Shown here in pieces: positions 16,048-24,466 of a stretch of DNA of 24,466 nucleotides (positions are counted from its first letter, which is position 1; each line of letters starts with the position of its first letter). This DNA is from Deferrisomatales bacterium. Its GTDB lineage: Bacteria > Desulfobacterota > Deferrisomatia > Deferrisomatales > JACRMM01. Location of the stretch: assembly GCA_033551855.1 (NCBI GenBank), contig JAWSUI010000056.1, positions 1 through 24,466 of the forward strand. The letters are read 5' to 3'. The position numbers and the translations under genes are program-made. The notes beneath the pieces are model-generated. The model searched no databases and was not told the DNA's origin. It worked only from the letters and a program-made list of their open reading frames with translations.

Positions 16048-16702
16048 GCTCTCGGCAGCCTACGCTCCCCGGGACCCGGCCTCCGTGACCCGGGAGCTCC
16101 TGTCCCTGGCCCGTCTGGGGGTGACAGACGTGGCCTTCTACGACGACGCTCTCTTGGTGGGGCTCCTGGAACGCGTCGGCCCGGGGCTCGCCGCCGCCTC
16201 CCGCGAGGCGCCCGGCATGCGCTGTCACTCCCCCAACGGCCTGCACGCGCGGCTGGTCACGAGCCGGACGGCGGCCCTGCTGGCCAAGCACTTCGCAACT
16301 CTCCGGCTGAGCATGGAAACCGTTGACGGGGGTCGGCAGGTGCAGACCGGCGCCAAGGTGCGGAACCAAGACGTGAAGGAGGCCGTGGCCCGCCTCCAGG
16401 AGGCGGGCGCACGGCCCGAGTCCATCGGTGTCTATCTGTTGATCGGACTTCCCGGTCAGCCCCTCGAAGAAGTGCGGGAGGGCATCCGCTTCGTCCGCTC
16501 CCTCGGGGTGCGCCCTTTCCTGGCGGAGCTCTCACCGATCCCCGGGACTCCGGTGTGGGACGAGCTCCGCTCACGGGGTTCGATTCCCCCGGAGCTCGAC
16601 CCCCTCCTCACCAACAACACCGTCTTCGTGCGGCGCTTCGGCGGATACCCGCCGGAGGAGCTCGAGGCGGTCCTGCGCTCCGTGCGCGCCGCCCCACCGT
16701 GA
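16034..16702 (+). pseudogene. 5'-truncated radical SAM protein (C-terminal part; type usually carrying an N-terminal B12-binding domain)
   Basis: Motifs RDPASVTREL, VAFYDDALL, HSPNGLHAR, LRLSMET, YLLIGLPGQ and SPIPGT. No CxxxCxxC motif and no credible start or RBS. Confidence 0.75.
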
Positions 16703-16729
16703 GCCTCACCCTCTCGCGCCCGAGTCTTC

Positions 16730-16759
16730 GCAGGGTGGGTCAAGCGCAGCGGACCCACC
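16730..16759 (+). repeat. GTAG-class-like REP palindrome
   Basis: GCAG-GGTGGGTC-AAGCGCAGCG-GACCCACC, with a perfect 8-bp stem. Confidence 0.55.
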
Positions 16760-16865
16760 AGTGGCCGGCAGCCACGACGAAACCCCGGACCCACCCCGAC
16801 CCTTGTGCACCGGCACGCACTTCTTCCGTGCAGGAGCCCAAGGCCCTCCAACCCCGGCACTATTG

Positions 16866-16874
16866 TGATACCAT
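16866..16874 (+). promoter_or_regulatory. Extended -10 promoter for a probably leaderless hicA transcript
   Basis: TGnTACCAT followed by 6 nt and then the ATG; no SD sequence. Confidence 0.5.
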
Positions 16875-16880
16875 GACGAC

Positions 16881-17078
16881 ATGCCACGGAAGATCCGCGA
16901 GCTCGTCGCAGACCTGAAGGCGTCGGGATTCTCAGACCGCGGGGGGAGGGGCGGCCATAGAAACTTCACCCACCCCCGGTGCTCCAGGCCCGTGACACTC
17001 AGCGGGAACCCGGGAGACGACGCCAAGCCTTACCAGGAGCGCCAAGTCGCGCGGGCGATCGAGGAGGTTTGCGCATGA
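16881..17078 (+). CDS. hicA: HicA family toxin (mRNA interferase)
   Basis: 65 aa; LKASGF, GRGGH (catalytic His), DAKPYQERQV. Confidence 0.88.
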   Translation: MPRKIRELVADLKASGFSDRGGRGGHRNFTHPRCSRPVTLSGNPGDDAKPYQERQVARAIEEVCA

Positions 17079-17413
17079 AGAAGGTCAGCGACCGCTATCT
17101 GAAGATCGTGGAATGGTCCGAGGAGGACGGCTGCTACGTCGGCACCTGCCCCGAGCTCGTGTACGGGGGCGTCCACGGAGACGACGAGGCCGCCGTTTAT
17201 GCGGAGCTCTGCCGCGTGGCCGAGGAGGCCGTGGAGCTCTACGGGAAGGACTGCAAGCCGCTTCCCCCCGCGACGGCCGGCAAGGCATACTCGGGCCGGT
17301 TCGTCCTGCGCGTTCCCCCCGAAATCCACAGAACGCTCGCCATCCGGGCCCTCCAGCGGGGCAAGAGCCTCAACGCCTACTGCCAGGAGGTCCTCCGCTC
17401 CGCCGTCCGCTAG
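17075..17413 (+). CDS. hicB: HicB family antitoxin with a C-terminal RHH domain, 112 aa
   Basis: ATGA overlap and RBS GAGGAGG; motifs VEWSEEDGCYVGTCPEL, HGDD, YSGRFVLRVPPEIHRTLA and GKSLNAY. Confidence 0.9.
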   Translation: MKKVSDRYLKIVEWSEEDGCYVGTCPELVYGGVHGDDEAAVYAELCRVAEEAVELYGKDCKPLPPATAGKAYSGRFVLRVPPEIHRTLAIRALQRGKSLNAYCQEVLRSAVR

Positions 17414-17559
17414 AGGAGGAGGCCGCATCGGCCAAACTGCCGCCATGCTTGCCCGGGCCCCACGCCGGCAGTGCGTTTATGGGGATTCGTGCGCGGACCC
17501 CTGTACCACGTGGAATAGCGTTTCCCCCGCGTGCCCACAATACTCTCATGTACCCGCCC

Positions 17560-19383
17560 CTACTCCTCCTCTTCCTCCTCCCGGGCCAACTCCTCGAACT
17601 TGATGTCGATCCCCAGGACGCCCGCCATCTGGTCCCCGGCGTCGTAGATGGGGGCGGACACCGTGATGGTGAGCCGCCCGGTGACCTTGGAGGTGTAGAC
17701 GTCGGTCAGGGACACCTTGCCCGTCCTCACGGGCTCCGTGAACCACACCCGGTCCGCGTAGTTGTCGTACACCTCGTATTCGGCGTACTTGGCCTTGTCC
17801 TCGATCTGGGTGATGTTGCGCGTGATCTTGCGCCCCTCCAGATCGGTCGCGTACACGAACTGGAAGAAGGGGTGCTCCTCGGCCATGTCCCGCATGACCT
17901 TTTCCATCCGGGACGGGTCCATCGAGCGGATCTCGGGGTCTTCCACCATCCCCTCGATGATGTGCGTCACCATGTCGAGGACGCGCTTCTTGAGCTTGTC
18001 GTACTCGGAGATGAAGAGCTGGGGCATGTACTTGCGCACCTTGCGCTCCATCTCCTCGTTGGACAGGGCCGTAGTGCGCCCGTCGTCGTAGGAGCGCATG
18101 ACCGAGCGGTGAACCTTGGCCACGCCCGGGTGGCGCTTGTCGATCTTCTGGTCCTCTCCCAGGGCGAAGTGGGTGTTGATCCAGTGGGCGACGCCGGCCA
18201 CTCCGGACTTGTCGGTGACCGCGATGCCCATGGGGCGGTTGAGGATCTTCCGGGTGTCGAAGATGTTGTAGATCTCTTCGTCCTTGGCGATCCCGTCGAT
18301 GTGGATGCCCGCACGGGTGGTGTTGAAGTCCGAGCCCACGAAGGGCATGGAGGCCGGGATGTGCATCCCGAGCTCCCGCTCGCAGTAGTTTCGCATCTCG
18401 GTGATGACGGTGGCGTCGATGCCGTCGTCGGTTCCCTTGAGCTCCATGTACTCGACGATCAGGCCCTCGAGGGGGGGGTTGCCGGTGCGCTCCCCGAAAC
18501 CCAGCAGCGTCCCGTTGGCCGCGGCGCACCCGTAGAGCCACGCCGTCGAAGCATTGATGAGGACTTTGTGGAAGTCGTTGTGCCCGTGCCACTCGAGCTG
18601 CTCGGGGGGCACGCCCGCGTCGTCGATCATGGCCCGCACCAAGCGCGGCACGCTGCGGGGGAGCGCCGCCCCGGGGTAGGGCACGCCGAAGCCCATCGTG
18701 TCGCAGAGGCGGATCTTCACGGGGATGCCGGCCTTCCTGCCCGCCGCCATGAGGGCCCGGGCAAAGGGCACCACGAAGCCGTAGATGTCGGCCCGGGTCA
18801 CGTCCTCGAAGTGGCATCGGGGTATCACGCCCTGCTCCAGGGCCGCCTCCACCACCCCCATGTAGTCACGGAACGCCTCCCGGCGCTTCTTCCCGAGCTT
18901 GAGGTAGATGTGGTAGTCGGAGACGGAGGTGAGGATGCCGGTCTCCCGGATCCCCATGCTCTTCACGAGCTTGAAGTCTTCCTTCACCGCCCGGATCCAT
19001 GCCGTGATCTCGGGGTAGCGGTAGCCGAGCTCCCGGCACCGCTCCACCGCCTCCCGGTCCCGCTCGGAGTAGAGGAAGAACTCGGTCTGGCGGATGATCC
19101 CCTTCGGGCCCCCCAGGTCGTGGAGGAGCTTGAAGAGGGCGACGACCTGGTCCGGGGTGTAGGGCGCCCGGGCCTGCTGCCCGTCCCGGAAGGTGGTGTC
19201 GGTGATCCAGATCTCCTCCGGCGGGTCGGGGGTGAGGAGGATCCCGTCGAAGGGGGTGCGGCAGACCTCGGCGTAGGGAAAGATCTCCCGGTACAGGTTT
19301 GGCTCGTCGCGCTCGACCACCTCGTCGAGGGGGTAATCGGCGTGGGACTTGCGCAGCAGGCGGGCGCCCCTGGTCTCGGGCAT
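17560..19383 (-). CDS. Re-citrate synthase-like DRE-TIM metallolyase with a C-terminal Cache/PDC-like domain
   Basis: Motifs ITDTTFRDGQQAR, RCHFEDVTRAD, EWHGHNDF, GFGERTGN and FNTTRAGIH. C-terminal DRVWF...TDVYTS...TVSAPI...GVLGIDI. Confidence 0.82.
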   Translation of the reverse strand: MPETRGARLLRKSHADYPLDEVVERDEPNLYREIFPYAEVCRTPFDGILLTPDPPEEIWITDTTFRDGQQARAPYTPDQVVALFKLLHDLGGPKGIIRQTEFFLYSERDREAVERCRELGYRYPEITAWIRAVKEDFKLVKSMGIRETGILTSVSDYHIYLKLGKKRREAFRDYMGVVEAALEQGVIPRCHFEDVTRADIYGFVVPFARALMAAGRKAGIPVKIRLCDTMGFGVPYPGAALPRSVPRLVRAMIDDAGVPPEQLEWHGHNDFHKVLINASTAWLYGCAAANGTLLGFGERTGNPPLEGLIVEYMELKGTDDGIDATVITEMRNYCERELGMHIPASMPFVGSDFNTTRAGIHIDGIAKDEEIYNIFDTRKILNRPMGIAVTDKSGVAGVAHWINTHFALGEDQKIDKRHPGVAKVHRSVMRSYDDGRTTALSNEEMERKVRKYMPQLFISEYDKLKKRVLDMVTHIIEGMVEDPEIRSMDPSRMEKVMRDMAEEHPFFQFVYATDLEGRKITRNITQIEDKAKYAEYEVYDNYADRVWFTEPVRTGKVSLTDVYTSKVTGRLTITVSAPIYDAGDQMAGVLGIDIKFEELAREEEEEE

Positions 19384-19417
19384 GGCGTCGTTCCTCCGGG
19401 TGAAGCGGCTGCCCGGT

Positions 19418-20407
19418 TCAGGGGCGTACCGCGGGTTCGGATGTCGGGTGCAGCGCGGCGCTCCGTTCCCGGACCAGCTGGGCCAGGGCCCGGACGAAGG
19501 AGGGCCGGGTGTTGAGCGACGGGCTGCGCCGGAAGACCTCGAACCCCAGGGACTCGGCCAGCTCCCGGTACTCCACGTCGATCTCGTGCAGGGTCTCGAT
19601 GTGATCCGAGACGAAGCTCACCGGGACCACCACGACCCGCTTCACCCCTTGTCCCGCCAGGGCGGCGAGCTCGTCTGCCACCGAGGGCTCGAGCCAGCGC
19701 ACCGGCCCCGTGCGGCTCTGGAAGGCCAGCCGGTAGGGCACGCCGGGCAGGTGCGTCATGACGGCGGCCACCGTGGCCTGCACGTGGCCGAGGTAGGGGT
19801 CGCCCCCCTCGATGAGCTTCACGGGCAGGCCGTGGGCGCTGAAGAGCACGGTGGCGCCCTCCAGACCCTCCAGGGCCTCGCGCACGCACGCGGCCAGGGC
19901 GGAGACGTAGGGAGGGAAGTCCTCCCAGGAGCGGATCACCTCCCGGGGCAGGCCGTCGAGCCCCTCTTCGGCCAGGGCCCGCTCCATGTCTGCCAGGCTC
20001 GACCCGGAGGTGGCACGGCTGAACTGGGGGTAGAGGGGCAGCGCGACGATCGCCCGGGCCCCCGAAGCCTGCACTGCCCGCGCGGCCTCCGCGGCTCGGG
20101 GGTGCCAGTAGCGCATGGCCACGGTGACGGCGTAGCCCGGGCCCAGCTCGGCCTCCAGGGCCTTCGCCTGGGCCCGGGTGATCTCCCCCAGGGGGCTCCT
20201 TCCGCCGATCGCCCGGTAGTTCTCCGCCGAGCGGGGGGCGCGGCGCTTGGCAATCCACCACGCCAGGGGACGCCGCACGAAAGCCGGGGCCGGCAGGATC
20301 GCGGGATCCGAGAAGAGATTGTGCAGGAACGGCCGAACGGCGTCCAGGGAGTCCGGCCCGCCCATGTTGAGCAAGACCACCGCAATCTTCGCCGCCTGGC
20401 CCGTCAT
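19418..20407 (-). CDS. hemH: Ferrochelatase
   Basis: Motifs LLNMGGP, IGGRSPL, AMRYWHP, LPLYPQFS, FSAHGLP, FQSR...WLEP and FVSDHIETLHEID. Confidence 0.95.
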   Translation of the reverse strand: MTGQAAKIAVVLLNMGGPDSLDAVRPFLHNLFSDPAILPAPAFVRRPLAWWIAKRRAPRSAENYRAIGGRSPLGEITRAQAKALEAELGPGYAVTVAMRYWHPRAAEAARAVQASGARAIVALPLYPQFSRATSGSSLADMERALAEEGLDGLPREVIRSWEDFPPYVSALAACVREALEGLEGATVLFSAHGLPVKLIEGGDPYLGHVQATVAAVMTHLPGVPYRLAFQSRTGPVRWLEPSVADELAALAGQGVKRVVVVPVSFVSDHIETLHEIDVEYRELAESLGFEVFRRSPSLNTRPSFVRALAQLVRERSAALHPTSEPAVRP

Positions 20408-20408
20408 G

Positions 20409-21084
20409 CTATTCGCCCTTCCCCTGAACCGGTCCCCGCGCCCTTCCCACCCCCCACCTCAGGTGCAGCCCGCCGCTGCGGAAGGAGTGGACGGCCTCGG
20501 GCCTCAGACCCAGCGCCCTCTCCGCCCCCGACGACAGCACCACGGCCCAGCGCCACCGCCGGAGGGAGCCCCGCAGCGCCCTGCCCAGGGCGGCGTAGGC
20601 GGCCTCCCGGCCCCCCAGACGGTGTCCATAAGGCGGGTTCGCGGCAACCAGCCCGGAGGGCTCGGGCGGCTCCAACTCGCCCACGTCCGCCACGGCCACC
20701 TGGAGGTGATCGGCCACGCCGGCAGCCCGGGCGGCGCCCGCCACCACCTCGGCGACCTTGCCCGTGTGCCAGAGCCGCGAGCGGTGGGAGGCCGCACGGA
20801 CGTCCAGCGGGCACCCCGAGGGAAGCCACTCCCCCCACGGGATGTTCCCCAGGGCCCGCTCCAGATCCCGGAAGCCCCGGGCCTCGAAGGAGGCCACCCG
20901 CACCAGCACCCGGCTCGCCACCCGGCTCCAGAGGTTCGCTCGCCAGGCGTCCCGCCAGGTCCCTGAGAACCCCACGCCCCCCTCGCCCCGCTCCGCCCGC
21001 AGCCCCAGGGCTTCCAGCTCGGTTTCCACCAGGTCCTCGAAGCCGGGGGGGAGACGGCGAAGAAGCGGAGAGGAAGGGGGTCAC
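20409..21084 (-). pseudogene. THUMP-domain RlmL/UPF0020-like RNA methyltransferase with a 5' frameshift and a large internal deletion (start approximate)
   Basis: FFAVS and PPGFEDLVETELEALG lie in different frames across a C7 run (21045-21051). ANLWSRVASRVLV and NPPYG are present; the central LHRRGYR, APLRE and DPMCGSGT segments are absent. Confidence 0.7.
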
Positions 21085-21584
21085 GCGTCAGGGCGCCCTG
21101 CCTTCTTCGCGATGTGGGCCATGAGGCCCCCGTCGGCGATCAGCTCCTGCATGAAGGGCGGGATCGGCGCAGCCCGGTACTCCCCGCCGCGGGTGAGGTT
21201 GCGGATGACCCCGGCGTCGGCGTCCACCTCCACCTCGTCGCCCTCCCGGATGGCGGCAGCGGCATCCGGGCTTTCGAAGATCGGCAGCCCCATGTTGAAC
21301 GCGTTGCGGTAGAAGATCCTCGCGAAGCTGGCCCCGATCACGCAGGAGACACCCGCCGCCTTGATGGCGATCGGGGCGTGCTCCCGGCTCGAGCCGCAGC
21401 CGAAGTTCTTCCCGGCCACGATCACGTCCCCGGCCGACATCTTCCGCACGAACTCCGGGTCCGCGTCCTCCATGCAGTGCCGGGCGAGCTCCGCCGGGTC
21501 GCTGGTGTTGAGGTACCGGGCCGGGATGATGGCGTCCGTGTCCACATCCGCCCCGAAGGTCCAGGCGCGTCCTCGCAACTTCAT
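21081..21584 (-). CDS. leuD: 3-isopropylmalate dehydratase small subunit (short type-2 form), 167 aa
   Basis: Motifs [26 protein letters not shown] and [20 protein letters not shown] overlap with leuC. Confidence 0.93.
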   Translation of the reverse strand: MKLRGRAWTFGADVDTDAIIPARYLNTSDPAELARHCMEDADPEFVRKMSAGDVIVAGKNFGCGSSREHAPIAIKAAGVSCVIGASFARIFYRNAFNMGLPIFESPDAAAAIREGDEVEVDADAGVIRNLTRGGEYRAAPIPPFMQELIADGGLMAHIAKKAGRPDA

Positions 21585-22840
21585 CCCACCACCTCCTCGG
21601 GGCTCGCGATCCGGCCCAAGACCGCGCTCGCCGCGGCCACGGCGGGGTTCGACAGGTAGACCTCGCTCCCGGGGTGCCCCATGCGCCCCACGAAGTTGCG
21701 GTTCGTCGTGGCGACCGCCCGCTCGCCCTTGGCGAGAATCCCCATGTGGCCGCCCAGGCAGGGCCCGCAGGTCGGCGTCGAGACCGCCGCCTTCGCGTCG
21801 AGGAAGATCTCGATGAGGCCCTCCCGCAGGGCCTGGCGGTAGATCTCTTGGGTCGCGGGAAAGATCACGCAGCGGACGTACTTGGCGACGCGCCGCCCCC
21901 GGAGCACCCGGGCCGCCCGGCGCAAGTCCTCGATGCGCCCGTTGGTGCAGGAGCCGATGACCACCTGGTCGATGGGCACCGTCCCCACGTCGTCGATGGA
22001 GCGGGTGTTGGACGGCAAGTGGGGAAAGGCCACCTGGGGACGCAGCCGGCTGCAGTCGATCTCCACCACGTCCGCGTACCGGGCGTCGGCGTCGCTCGCG
22101 TAGTACACCGGCGGCCGCCTGGCCCGTGAGGCGACGTATTCCCGCGTGACGTCGTCCGGCGCAAAGATCCCGTTCTTGCCCCCGGCCTCGATCGCCATGT
22201 TGGCCATGGTCAGGCGGTCGTCCATGCCCAGGCGGTCGATCACCGGGCCGGTGAGCTCCATCGCCCGGTAGAGCGCCCCGTCGACACCGATCTTCCCGAT
22301 GGTGGCGAGGATGAGGTCCTTCCCCTCCACCCAGGGGCCGAGCGTGCCCGTGTAGACGAAGCGGATGGACTCGGGCACCTTGAACCAGACCTCCCCGGTG
22401 ACCATGGCCGCCGCCAGGTCCGTGGACCCCACCCCCGTCGAGAACGCCCCCAGGGCGCCGTAGGTGCAGGTGTGGCTGTCGGCCCCGATGACCACGTCGC
22501 CGGGCACCACGATCCCCTGCTCGGGCAGGAGGGCGTGCTCGATGCCCATCTCCCCGGTCTCGAAGTAGTGCTCGAGGTCCTGCTCCCGCGCGAACTCCCG
22601 CAGCACCTTGCACTGCTCCGCGCTGGCGATGTCCTTGTTGGGTGCGAAGTGGTCTGGCACCAGGACCACCCGGCTGCGGTCGAAGACCCGGCGGGCTCCG
22701 GCCCTGCGAAACTCGCGGATGGCGATGGGCGCCGTGATGTCGTTGCCCAGGGCCACGTCCACCCGCACGTTGACGATCTGGCCGGGCTCGACCCGGTCGA
22801 GGCCGGCGTGGGCGGCCAAAATCTTCTCGGTGATGGTCAT
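21581..22840 (-). CDS. leuC: 3-isopropylmalate dehydratase large subunit (short type-2 form), 419 aa
   Basis: Motifs [31 protein letters not shown] and [20 protein letters not shown]. Confidence 0.93.
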   Translation of the reverse strand: MTITEKILAAHAGLDRVEPGQIVNVRVDVALGNDITAPIAIREFRRAGARRVFDRSRVVLVPDHFAPNKDIASAEQCKVLREFAREQDLEHYFETGEMGIEHALLPEQGIVVPGDVVIGADSHTCTYGALGAFSTGVGSTDLAAAMVTGEVWFKVPESIRFVYTGTLGPWVEGKDLILATIGKIGVDGALYRAMELTGPVIDRLGMDDRLTMANMAIEAGGKNGIFAPDDVTREYVASRARRPPVYYASDADARYADVVEIDCSRLRPQVAFPHLPSNTRSIDDVGTVPIDQVVIGSCTNGRIEDLRRAARVLRGRRVAKYVRCVIFPATQEIYRQALREGLIEIFLDAKAAVSTPTCGPCLGGHMGILAKGERAVATTNRNFVGRMGHPGSEVYLSNPAVAAASAVLGRIASPEEVVG

Positions 22841-22920
22841 TTCCGTCCTTTCGCGCCCCGTGAAGGGGCACGGGTCGCGGTCCACGGGTCGGCGCCCTCG
22901 GCGCAGCCGCCCCGGCCCCC

Positions 22921-24450
<1,530 letters not shown>

Positions 24451-24466
24451 GGGAGTCCTCCGGACC

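Noticed and set aside
17480..17540. GTTTCCCCCGCGTG resembling half of a type I-E CRISPR repeat
   Set aside because: Single partial match with no array and no cas genes.

Overview
This is a GC-rich bacterial chromosomal region; gene content suggests an anaerobic deltaproteobacterium (inference only, no database search was run). Housekeeping genes: livH-livM-livG (no livF in the window), smc, a YacP-like NYN protein, a class I/II aminotransferase, slyD, two coupled Gate-domain membrane proteins plus an alpha/beta hydrolase, a thiolase and hicAB. A minus-strand run holds leuA-leuC-leuD, a broken RlmL-like methylase, hemH and a Re-citrate-synthase-like enzyme with a C-terminal Cache domain. Four unannotated signals stand out. 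(1) A 699-aa exported protein looks like a polyprotein: beta-helix and FN3 passenger, GG-C-F-V motif with a TM anchor, a second internal signal peptide, then an outer-membrane beta-barrel. (2) A ~57-nt small RNA has a near-consensus sigma70 promoter and an anti-Shine-Dalgarno loop in its terminator. (3) A 209-bp MITE has imperfect TIRs, an 8-bp target duplication and a second copy at the window start. (4) Tandem NrdR-like boxes lie upstream of smc. There are also two damaged genes and several REP-like palindromes.
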